Assembly: GCA_002269645.1 (NCBI GenBank)
Contig: NIVC01003920.1
Span: forward strand, 5,652 to 69,651
Length of the DNA: 64,000 nt
Source of the DNA: Macrostomum lignano
Taxonomy: Eukaryota
Direction: 5' to 3'
Positions within the stretch are counted from its first letter, which is position 1. Each line of letters opens with the position of its first letter. The position numbers and the translations under genes are program-made. The notes beneath the pieces were generated by a model. That model did no database searches. It saw only the letters and a program-made list of their open reading frames with translations, and had not been told where the DNA came from. Below, piece after piece: positions 21,850 through 33,370 of this stretch.

Positions 21850-24800
21850 TCACTCCCTCTTCTTGTCGGTGGCCGCCTTCTTTGGGGCGCCGTTTGCGGC
21901 GGCTCCCGCGCTGCCGTCCGTCGCTACGACTGGAGCAGCCGAAGGAGGACGGCTTGCGGCGCCACCTTGCCGGAACAGGCCGCTTATGGCGTCCGCCAGA
22001 CCGCCGAACAGCAGGGCGCCCGCTAGCCATTCGAACGGGTAGAACGGGTCCATCGGGCCCAGCAGCTTGACGGCCAGCCTGCGGATTGGGGGAGAGATTT
22101 TTCAGCAATGTGATTCACCCACCAACCAAATTCGCCACAGGCATTCACCCACCAACCAAATTCGTCACAGGCATTCACCCACCAACCAAATTCGTCACAG
22201 GCATTCACCCACCAACCAAATTCGTCACAGGCATTCACCCACCAACCAAATTTGTCCCAGGCATTCACCCACCAACCAAATTCGTCACAGGCATTCACCA
22301 ACCAACCAAATTCGTCACAGGCATTCACCCACCAACCAAATTCATCACAGGCATTCACCCACCAACCAAATTCGTCACAGGCATTCACCCACCAGTACCA
22401 GCAAACAAATTTGTCACAGGCATTCACCTACCAGTACCAGCTAACAAATTTGTCACAGGCATTCAACCACTAGACCCAGATATGCAACTGTCACAGGCTT
22501 TTACCTAAGCAGGACAAAGAAGGCCGCAGCGCCCAGATAGACGTGATTGTGATACTGAGCAGGCAGGTGGCCCGTGTGCTCCATTAGAAAGACGATAGCC
22601 ACAACAAGGCAAGCCTTGGTGGTGCTGAAATTCGAAGATGGGAATGAAGTAAGTAACGAGCATTGGTGTCGCATTAAGGGATTATCAAATATTTATCTTG
22701 ACAGAATGCACCATAACAGATCGCAGCATTTCTGCTTATGCACACAGATAGGGCGCTAAAAATGAGACTTCACACGAACCCAAAATGGGAAGGCAATGGC
22801 GTGCTGTGTAACTAAGTGGCTGTGCGAACTAAAAATCTAAAAGCTAAAAAAGCAACCCTGAAGCTGCTGAACTACTCAGAGTGAATCAAGCCACTGCAGT
22901 TCAGCACGGCAGGACATTCTGCTGTCTCTTACGCAGAGGGGCGCAGCATTTCGCTGACACCCGGCAGCCAGACTCCGCGTATTAGCCGCTCAAACAGCTT
23001 CATCTCGGCCGAGCCGGAGCCTTGAAAATGTTTCACGGGTGAATGAAAAGCGATGCTAGGAAAATCAAAGTGCGCCACTATGAGTAGTTTGCACCGCATC
23101 TTTAAATGGGTTGCTTTGATTTGCTAGCGATAGATAATGCTAAAGCGACCTGCAGGTACCAAGGCGGATGCCTTGACCATTTCTGCTGCTGTAAAAGCCT
23201 TTTAAAATTTTTAATCACTGAAGGTCCGAAGTCTGATGATGAATCTGAATTTTCAATCTAAACTCAAGTGCTCGATATACTTTGACAACACACAGAGGCT
23301 CAGAAAGATCAACAGATCAAAGATCAGTTTTACGTTCAAAATCTGACCTGGGCTATCGTTGAACATCTTAACATTTTTTAAGGCTGCGGACTAGAAAACA
23401 AAAGTTATGCCCACCTTTATGGAACGTAGCGAACCTGCACTGTTAGGGTGCAGCAGCAAAAATGTCTCCTAATCCGACTTGGAGATACAGGAGGGCTTGA
23501 AAAGCGCCAGTGTTCCTAACTGGCAACCAACACATGTGCTATGTTAATCAGGTGAGATTCTGATACAAAAAGGCAATCTAATAGTCGCCAGGTGAGATCG
23601 GTTAAACATATTCAGCGAGCTAGCTCAGATGATTGAATAAAAAAAATCGGTAAGACTTTCGTGCCGGACGAAAAAGGGATAAAAATAACATTAAATCATC
23701 GTTCTCTATACGAAAAAAATTGCACAATATACATGTACTACTAAAATAGCATTAAAGAAAGCAAGGAGAAAACAAAAGACCGGTAAGAGTTTAGAATTAG
23801 CCATATTAAAAGCCTTCAATGTGATTAAACGCACTATTAAACTATCGCGATATTTCATGGCTTTTAGTGCAAAATGAAACGAAACCGCATAGCAACACAG
23901 AGGAAGCCCCCGCCTGCAAATACCGAAGGCCTTACACTGAGAATGCTCCCACAATGGGCGGACGGAACTGGCCGGTGACGAGGCGGGCGAACAGCAGCAT
24001 CACCGGGCTGCCGTTGGCTTATCAGCGCATGGATGAAGGAAATTCGGCAGGTGAGTTCAAATTAGTCATGCACTACAAGCAGGTGTTGATGGGCGGCCAG
24101 ATATGCGTTCGTACGGTACTAATCGGAGGAAAATGCACCAACACGGCTAGAACTTGAACTTTAACGATGCTAAATGCCAGTCAGCGGTGCCCCTGCCTCT
24201 ACCAGCCAGTCAGCTAAGCTAAAAATAGACGTAATCGAACAGCCGAAGCTGCCGCAGACTGCTGCAAAACTGCAGTGGCGTCCGCCAAAGCCATCAAGAT
24301 GAACCGCAGCCATTAAAGTACGCAGACCGCAATGGCGAGGGAGGCAAAGCTGAAGGGAAGATGCACGGAGGGATCGAATCCGCCTGCGAATTCCGCAATG
24401 ATGGGAGAACTTGAGGGATTTGGGAAGTTAACTGCGGGCAGCCGCTCCCCTCCTGCTGCGCTCTTGAAGCGGCAAGTCAGCAGGCAATCAATTCCCCCCT
24501 GGCTGGCCAATGGCTGCTTCTAGCTGCAGAAATTGCTGCTTCCGTGTCCGCGGGGCTCGTTTCGCTTTGATTTCCTTGAAGCGAGCGATCGCAGGAAAGT
24601 GGATGGCGGGGAGCCTCCGCTTCTGCAGAGCGCTGATAAGGTCAAGACAAACGGGCTCGTAACAAACAGAAACAGGCAGAGTCCCGGAGGCAGGGAAGGG
24701 TTTGGGTGAAGTTTCTTCCAAATAAGGCCAACCCAGTTCGCAACAATGAGGCAGAGGCTGGCCAGAGAGCAGACCAGAAACCCTTAATTACAGCCATACA

Positions 24801-26213
24801 AATTACGCATTCATTTTTATCTTGCGACACTGAAGTAATCAGCAGTGAGCATCGAACACGCATGCCAGTCCCATTCATAGGCCTACCTTTCACAAGGCCG
24901 ATGAGTACATTGAGCAAGTAGGCCTGGGGGTAAAGCCGAACGCCTGCAGCCACTCCATCAAAGACTTTCCGTGTTCTCTGAATTTCTTTTAAAAGGCAGA
25001 CAGCCAGATGGACAGGTGCAAACTTAGCTAATTTGTAGACTAGGTCAAAGGGTGCATAGTTGAGGACATACCTGTAAACAGTGTATATTAATGTTGTAAA
25101 AAATTAAAATAAATACTTTCCTTAGATCATTTTAGTAATATCTCGCTAAGCCCATTGAAACAAAATTTCTACACTTAACACCAAATTTGATAAGTAAATA
25201 AGCTTATATGCACAGAATTAACTAGCATTGAAATTAATTTGGAATACTTTAACTAGGTAGTACTGATAACAGTAATAAAAGGAAAAATGACAAGCATCTA
25301 AATACAAACAAGAACAGAAGCTTAAAAAACACAAAATAACTTACCATACAATTGTTGCCACCAGAATGTCTCTATGGTTTTGAAAGGGCACAATTAGTGG
25401 TTCACCAGTCAAGCCATTACCAATTATAGTGCCTGCAAAGCACATTAGCATGCTTGCTAGCCAAGATGCAAATGAGTGATGTCTTGAAAATGTTGGTGTA
25501 CCTGAAAAATTAATAAGCATTTTATTAATTTTTAGGTATGTTTTATAAATTCTTTAAAATGTTTTCAAGCAGGTTTTACAATAGAATAATAAAACAATTT
25601 TATTACATAGGCCTAAAAACACAAATAAGCAAATGTAGGCTTAATTCATAATATATTGAGCAAATATATAATTGTGAAATCATTTTAATTTGTTTTAAAA
25701 TTAATAAGGTCAATAATAAGGTCAATAATATATTGAGCAAATATATAATTGTGCAATCATTTTAATTTGATTTTTTAGTCAAATGTTTTGATAATTGATA
25801 TCATTGATTAATAAATGAGATTAGCCTATACAAAGATTTTGGCTTTGCCTATAAGGAAATATGTAGATTGTAGGCCGACTATGCAGCAATATAAATGCTA
25901 AGTGCTCTTATATTGTTCTTAGTGCATAATAATGCTCATTGCAATCGTTTTTAATAGTCCCATGCTTTTAATATTTTGGGACATGTTTATCCAAGCTTTA
26001 CAAGAAATTATTATAAATTTAAATTCTAAGCAATAAAAAGGTTTACAAGAAAAAAATCTTTTCATCAAGCTCACCAAGTTGAGGAGTATCTTCCTTAACA
26101 AGCAAACACATCAAAATATAATGTGATATGTCGAAAAATGGATACATATTAATTCGCTGTAATGTTTTAGATACATCACTGAACGGGAAATAGTAGTCCA
26201 GATCCAAATCCAT
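21850..26213 (-). CDS. TMEM38: Trimeric intracellular cation channel (TRIC/TMEM38 family), 6 coding exons, 305 aa
   Basis: Exons 26213-26075, 25501-25345, 25071-24887, 23020-22933 (4B), 22624-22505, 22078-21850. All GT-AG, phases consistent, 918 nt total. Motifs MYPFFDISHY, SWLASMLMCFAG..GNGLTGEP, WYVLNYAPFD, LKEIQRTRKVFDGV, LYPQAY..IGLVKGSG, LFERLIRGVW, TKACL, DPFYPFE..LFGG, Lys-rich tail. Confidence 0.93.
22107..22470. repeat. 30-bp minisatellite, ~12 copies, in the last TMEM38 intron
   Basis: Unit GGCATTCACCCACCAACCAAATTCGTCACA. Confidence 0.95.
23936..24017 (-). CDS. TMEM38: Alternative exon 4A of TMEM38 (candidate mutually exclusive exon)
   Basis: 82 nt, AG|...|GTAAGG, phase 1 to phase 2 like exon 4B. 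Encodes (A)NGSPVMLLFARLVTGQFRPPIVGAFS, homologous to 4B (G)SGSAEMKLFERLIRGVWLPGVSEMLRPS. Confidence 0.65.
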
Positions 26214-26989
26214 AATAGCAATGAAAGTCGTGCTCCTCTAAACGTTCGAAAGACTAAGAAGCCGAAAAGGACGAAAAAGTCCGAATATGAGAAATTATCG
26301 CGCAAGTCAAGTTTGCCAGCGTATCGTCAATCAAAACAAGCCCACAGTCATAATCGTGAAAAACGAACAACGATTTTTATGCTTATTGCAGTACTTAGGA
26401 ACGAGTTGATAGTCAATTTTAAAGTTCAAATCGTTAATCGTATAGTCGGATCTTTGGCTAGGTTTGACTTTTAATGTCGAAAAATGTAAAAAAATGAGAA
26501 ATTGAGGCTGTAAAAATTTGAGTCGTACCAATAAGCCGTACAAGCATACTAATCATCAGTTAGCACAAGATCGACCTATGATGTAGTTTACAATTACTCC
26601 TAATCGGTTGTGGTGAAATCGTCCTCTTCTCTAAGTATTAGTCGCCTTAGAGCAGGGACAGCGTTGTCGAAGCGAATCAATTGCATCGGCAAAGAACAGT
26701 GACTGACTCTGATGCACTGCAGCTGAGTGCATGTGAGTCCCGATTATCTGCGTTGGCGGCAGAATTGCTTTAAGCGAGTGAAGACAGCGAAGTCCAACGG
26801 AGCTATGTCAATGTAGGCCTCGGGTATATATATGGTGGGTGTGGCAAGAACTTCAGGCAACCAGAGCTTCTTAAGTCGTCTGGCTCTCTACATGTTTTGC
26901 ATGGGCATGGCGTTGTGATGGTGTCATGTCAACGCAGTGTCTGTGTGTGACCTCCAAACCTCTCGTTGCTGATGTCTCGCCGATTGAAG

Positions 26990-28530
26990 TTTGTTCAGTG
27001 TTTGACGCTGCCGCCGGAGATGCCGTTGCCGGCAGAGGAGAGCTTCAGCCTAGCACCAGTCAGCACAACCGACGTTGTGAGGCGATCGCCCAGCAATCAC
27101 CGGGCGGGAAAGTGCTGCGTCTGGACGAGGTGCCCATCGAGGCGCTGCGCATCCACTGTGTGGCCAGTAAGATCGCCAGACTGATGAATCGCATGCTCTT
27201 CGGTGAGGAGGCACCCAACGAATGGACCACGGCGCACATCGTCGCAGTTCCTAAGAAGCCGGGCACCACGAGGCTTGAGGAGCATCAAGGTATCTGCCTT
27301 CAATTCTGCACTATCGCGATTGCAGCCCGTGCTGGATCCGTACCTGCGTCCTGAGCAGAACGGCTTCCGACCGCGGCACAGTGACGCAGATCTTCGGCGA
27401 CTCATCGAGGAAGCACGCGGATACGCCAGTCGATCCTGATTTTTGTCTTCTTAGATTTCAAGAAGGCATTCGACTCGGTCGACAGGTCTGTGCTCCCAAA
27501 GGTGCTCCGTGCGTACAACGTGCCACAGCAGCGGATTTCCGCCATCATGGCGATGTACCGTGATAGGAAGCTGCTGTTTCAACACCCGATGGCCTATCGG
27601 ACTTCTTTTTAGACATCGATCCTCCGGGGTGCTTCAGGGAGATACGCTGTTCGTTCTGGTGCTTGACTGGGTGCTGCAGACCGCTCTTCCTACTAACGAC
27701 GACCCGCGGCTTTCTGTTGCGGTGACGCGTGGGTCTACGTTGGCTACGCCGACGACCTCGCCCTGCTGTCCTCAACTGTCGAGGGCGCCCAGCGACAACT
27801 GGACAAGCTAGTTGCTGTTGCGGCGAGTTTCGGCCTGCTGGTCAACACGCAGAAGACCGTCGTGCTCTGCGTGCCGGACGACATCGAGGCTGCGATTCCG
27901 GAGTCGCTGATGGACAGGCGACAGAGCTTCCGCGTTGTCAGCAGTTCGTCTACCTCGGCGGTCTGGTTCCCGGCGTCCGCGAGGATTTGCAGCGTCGCCG
28001 CGTGCTTGCCTGGGTTGCTTTTCGTTCTGTGAGGGCAGTCCTGCAGTCTGAGGCCTTACCTGACCGCCAGAAGGCGGCGTTATTCCAGGCGGTGATCGAG
28101 ACCGCGTCCTGCTGTACAACGCCGAGACCTGGACGCTGACGGAGTCGCTCGAGCAACAAGTTGATGCGGCGCACGCTGGCCTGCTGCGCGCCGCCTTCAA
28201 GATCGGCTACGAGCGAGTGACCAACGCGGCTTTTTATCGCCGCGCCGGCCTGGTCCGTCCAAGCGACCTGTTGCGCCGTCGGCGACTCCAGCTGGCAGGC
28301 CACATCATCCGCGCCGAGTCGTACTGCCCAGAGTCGGTGCAGGAGGTGCTGCTGCTAACTCTGCAGGCACCCTACCGGCGGGGGCAGGCGCGCACTCGGC
28401 GTTTCGTCGACTGCCTGCTAGCTGACGCCGGCGCCCCGGATTCGGCCGGCGGCGCGTGGCGTTCTTTCGGGACCTGGCCTTGAAGCGCACCATGTGACGC
28501 TAACTGCGTATTCTGTTGTTGTATTGTCAG
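26990..28530 (+). mobile_element. 5'-truncated non-LTR retrotransposon (RTE-like RT), many frameshifts
   Basis: PNEWTTAHIVAVPKK, LRPEQNGFRP, LDFKKAFDSV, GVLQGDTL, GYADDLALLS, GLLVNTQKT, FVYLGG, YNAETWTLT found in shifting frames. Confidence 0.85.
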
Positions 28531-28879
28531 GGTTTGACGTACATGTACATGTATATAACGGTCAGCATTGACCAATGACAATCAAACAAAGAAGCTTGAT
28601 CTTCTCTTTTGTGCTTTGATTGGAGGATATTCGATCCCTTCGTTGTCCAGACCATGGACTGTGATTTTGGTGAGAGAATTGAAGTGAGTTATCCATGTCT
28701 CATAATCACCGGTGACAATGTGCTCGCTAAGTTCTCCCAGCCGAGCTTATCCGCACAGCCCAGGTTCGCTTGGCAAATCTCAAGCGGTTGTCTCATCAAA
28801 ACCTCTGTTAGAAGTCGCGGGACCCAACGCGAACACTGAGTTTCACCAGTCCCCATGCTGTCAACCATTCAGCCACTGC

Positions 28880-31140
28880 AGCACACGAGGAGTGCGTGAA
28901 GCTGCTTGACGCATTCTATGACGAGCTCCTTCAGCAAGAAGCCACAGAAGAAGCTCGAGACAAAGTTCTGGACGAGCTGGATCAAGTTGAGAAACAGTTT
29001 CAAGACACCATGAAATGTGTAACTCAGTTCATCACTGCTCATCAGACTGCGGCGACTGCCGCGACTGCCGCGACTGCGGCGACTGCCGCGACTGCGGCGA
29101 CTGCCGCGACTGCGGCGACTGCCGCGACTGCGGCGACTGCGGCGACTGCCGCGACTGCCGCGACTGCAGCGACCGCATCTCCGTCAAAATCTTGCATGCT
29201 GTGTAAAGATCAACATGAGCTGTGAAAGTGCTCAACATTTAGACAGCTGTCAATTGAAAATCACTGGAAGGCTGCGCGTGATTCGAAATCGTGCTTTTGC
29301 TGCTTAGCTCGCGGTCATGCTGCTCGGATATGCCGTCATGGACGCCGATGTCGAATCGGTGAATGCAACAGGTTTCACCCCCGCTTGCTGCATTCTGACG
29401 AGGCGGTAAAAATTGAGTCGAAGAAGAATTCGCCGGCAGAAGGGGTCAAAACGAGCGCTAAGTCGGGTCGCAAAGGAGCCGTGATAACGATGATGGCAGG
29501 AAGTGGAGGTGGTTCTCAAGGCAGGCAGCTGTGTTGTGAAAGTGAACGCGCTTTTGGACGACGCGAGTACAAGGACATATGTGAATGCAGAGATTTCCGA
29601 AGCTGTGGAGCGAGTGAAAGTGAACGTTTTGAACGGACAGACAGAGAAATTCTTGACAGCTCCGGTTACGATGACGCTCGAAAGTGTAGATGGAAGTCTG
29701 AGTCGTCCGATCATCACAGCATTCACGACAGACAGCGTCACCGGGAAGCTGAAGGCCACGGATTGGCAGACGACAGCAGCGGATTGGAAACATCTGGAGC
29801 ATATTCCATTTCCTCAGCTCCATGCGCCGCATCTCATAGACCTGCTGATAGGAGTGGATCATGCGGAGTTACATGTGTCCTACCGAGAAGTTCGCGGTGG
29901 CCCTGGGGAGCCACAGGCACGTTTGACTCCCCTTGGATGGACAGGTGTGGGTCAAGTAGAACAGATTCAGCACCAGAAAAACTTGGCCAGCACCTTTTTC
30001 TGTTTCACCAGCGAGGAGATGCTGTCACCAGTGCGACGTAAGTTCCGGGAGGTAGAAGAAATCTGGTCAGCTCAGGACCAAAATTGGACAGCGGACGAGC
30101 AAGCTGCAGTCGAGCAAGCCAAGTCTTCGTTAAAGCTAACTAACGGCCGATACCAGCTGGGAATTCCGTGGAAGCCAGAGGCGAAAGTTCGCTCGAATAA
30201 CTATGAGATGGCGATCAAACGGCTTTGCAACACAGAGACCCGGTGGAAGAAAGATGTGGAGGTGGCAAAGCAATACAAGCATGCCTAGAGCGATATGGGC
30301 AGCAAGGCTACATTCGGCACGTTGCAGTAGAGGGGTTCTCAGCCAGAAGGTGCTTTCTGCCGCATTTTCCGATCATTCGATTCGACAAGCTGACGACAAA
30401 GGTTTGCATCGTCTTCGATGCCTCGGCGGGCGGGAACGAAAAGTCCTTAAATTCTCTGGTCTTTCCACGGCCGAAGCTTCAGCGAGAATTGTTTGACGTT
30501 CTGCTTTGCTTCAGGAGAGATGCGGTGGCTGGGGCTTGTGACATCTCCGAGATGTACCTCCAGATCGAAATGGCACCGGAGGACAGGCCGACGCATAGCT
30601 TTCTATGGCGTGAGATGGACTCCAGCAAGCCTGTTAAAATTTTTGAGAGCAACCGCATCGTTTTCGGCAACTCGAGCTCGCCGTTTCTTGCTCAGTTCGT
30701 AGTTCGTGAGCATGCGGAACGCCTGAAAGAAGAGCTGCCATTAGCTGCAGATGCTGTTCTCAACTCCACCTATATGGACGATTGTTTAGATTCGGTCGGG
30801 TCAGAGGCTGAGGCGATCCAGCTGTTTCAAGAGTTGAAGACTCGCTGGGAGCGTGCAGTCATGCACCCCAGGAAATGGATGTCCGATTCGCGAGAACTGT
30901 TGAGCAGAGTGCCACCAGAAGATCGAGTAGCCGAAGTAACATTGGAAGGCACACCGCTGCCATCCATCAAGACGCTTGGTGTAGAATGGAGAAGCGATCG
31001 GAACAAGTGCACCTTTAAAGTCGACCAGAGAGATCAGAGAGACCAAGTCTGTCACAGATCCGGACCAGTGGAGGTGTGTCACGACCGAATTCCATCCAGC
31101 CGATGCGTTGTCTCGAGGAACTTCAGCGAAGCAGCTGACG
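28880..31140 (+). mobile_element. BEL/Pao LTR retrotransposon internal fragment (gag, protease, RT), degenerate, no LTRs seen
   Basis: Gag CFCCLARGHAARIC..C.IGEC..FHPRLLH; protease ALLDDASTRTYV; IDLLIGVD; KVCIVFDASA; DISEMYLQI; FGNSSSPFL; STYMDDCLDS. Confidence 0.88.
29045..29175. repeat. 9-bp microsatellite (ACTGC(G/C)GCG)n inside BEL gag, in frame (poly Thr-Ala-Ala)
   Basis: Direct reading of the sequence. Confidence 0.9.
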
Positions 31141-33370
31141 GAGGTTGACAGCTGGTGGCATGGACAAAGGGTGACTGGTCGGAGCAGAGTCGTTAGCATG
31201 AATGAGGAACGATCGGCGGTCAGACGATTAGACCCGACCATGGCGACCAGGTTCTTGAGCTCAAAGCGGCGCATCTGCATGCAAGGCGAGACGGCTCGAT
31301 TCGCGACCATCTGCTGGCTGCCGCGGAGAGACGGGTGCGAGTTGCGAAAGTGCAGCTGGTTGGCAAGGCCTCCGCGAGGCCGATTGCGAGGCTGCGTCCG
31401 CTAATCACGAAAGGGGGCTTGAGAACTGAGTAGTTGACATTTTTGGCCAAACTTTAATTTATTGAAAAAATTCTGCGATTTAGCGATCATTTCCTTAACT
31501 TCGACTAACCGTTGCATGCGTTTCGATTTCGATGTTTTCAGCTTCAAGCTATTTTGGTGATGGGATAACGCGCTATATTTTTCTTTTTGTGGCTTTTGAG
31601 AGTTTTGCTTCCCTGCGCATTAAATCCAGTTTGGTTCTAACGCATTGTGTTTTTTCATGTCGGCTGTCTATTTTGGGAGTTTTTGTTCTGTTTTTTGTGT
31701 TTGTTTTCTGTTTATGTGTTTTTTGTATTTCTTTGTTTTTTGGCGTTGTTGCGAAGACGTTTTGCATACTCTGTTCGGTTAGTTTTCCCATTTTCAGCGT
31801 TTATCCCCTTTGCTCATTTCATCGCACTGTACGCTACGTTTCAGGTTCGATCCCGTTTGCTAACCCAGTTCGAATATGTATCGCATCCCCGTGATTCGTT
31901 TACTAACCTAGTTATTTGATCCTATTTTCACTTTGTCATTTTGTCGAGCGTATTTCATCCTAGCGATTTAACTTTATTCCTGAAAAGTACGCGGTACGAT
32001 GATAATTGAATGTTTCCATTTTTAAGATCCTTGTTCGAGGTGCTCTTTGTTGTTGGCATGTGCTCATGCCAAGAAGGGAGGTATGGATTGAAGAGGAAAG
32101 GTTTTGCTTATTTCATTGTACGTCTGTACTATTACTCATCATTTGCCTATTTTACCTGCCCCCTCCGCGCCTCACGCCACCTTTCTCACTCCCCATTCTG
32201 ATTGGTTAACGTACGAGTACATAGTAATTCATGCACATTTACACCCCCCCCTGTGTCAACCCCGCCTTCTACTTAATAAATTGAGTAAAATATACCTAGC
32301 AAGACTAGACGGCGTGTACCCCTTTTGATTTGTTGTCTGCTACAACTGTCAAATGCGAGGCCAGCCGCCAAGTGGTGCATTCTCGATTCTTTGGATTCTC
32401 TTGTCAACATAGTAAGTATAAAAAATTAACAAACGTTTATACTTGGGGCAGAAACCGAAATTGATACTATTTCTGGGACGCCCCGCACATATTTTCATGC
32501 ACCTATAAGCTATATTTATTGTATAAAAAATATCACCCGGTATGCATTTGAATCTGCGGATATATTTATTATTCGATTATTTTTCTAGCCAAACAGTTCG
32601 GCAGCAGATAGGGACTACTTGCTATAGCCAAGCCTCATGTGCAAGCAGCGAGAGATGGAACGAGCCATAGGAACCTGGAATTTGACAAGAAACTTTCCTA
32701 CAATCATCGTGCTCAATAATTTAAGTTTCAGCATTGCATGGCTGGGAGCACTGAAAATTGCATCTTTCCCTCGAATATTAAATAGCAGAAAATTTCCACC
32801 GGCGGTATGCGAACGAGCTGCCAAGCTGCAGCCTCGCAATTACGGACAATGAGAGTTGAAACTGCAGGTTTCATCTGCAATCAATCTGCCTTGCAATTTA
32901 AGGAGCTATTTCCCTTCAACTCGAATTGCAGACTGAATCGTTGCGAGCTACACTTGGCCCTGACTAATTACTGACACGTCAGTTATGCTCGTGAAATGGC
33001 TAGGATTTAAAAAGATATGGTGGGGCAGATTTGGACATGAAACTGCTAACAAACCTGATGAACTGAGGATACGCATGCTTCAGTCCTAAACCATCGGCCA
33101 GATACTGTGTTTTCCGAGTCCTGCAGTTTCAGCCAGTGAGAGTTGCTCACTTGCGGCAATCACTCAGTTCCTCTGATCAGAGAGCGGGCATTGGCTAGCA
33201 GCTCACGCAGCAGGTTAAAGCTTTTCCCTCTGGGGATAAATCCAGATCCAGAATCCCACACAGAGCTTTCTATTCATTGAGCTTCAAATCTTATCGATAG
33301 ACTGAACTTGCAATTTCGCTGTTAAAAGCAATTTCTCTCGCCTAAATTCTGCCGAGTCACTTACAGAGTG

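Noticed and set aside
23706-23850. Hydrophobic ORF end (NSKLL...VHVYCAIFFV*) resembling TMEM38 exon 5, as a possible alternative terminal exon
   Set aside because: No convincing acceptor in the required phase; AT-rich DNA readily gives hydrophobic translations. Not excluded without RNA data.
24313-24721. FAGG and FKEIK motifs on the minus strand suggesting a second TRIC copy
   Set aside because: They occur in the wrong order, lack splice support, and the true exons were found at 24887-26213.
31985-32110. Minus-strand CCTCGAACAAGG...GAAAC...AATAAA resembling a Penelope terminus
   Set aside because: No CUGANGA core and no adjacent RT or GIY-YIG sequence.
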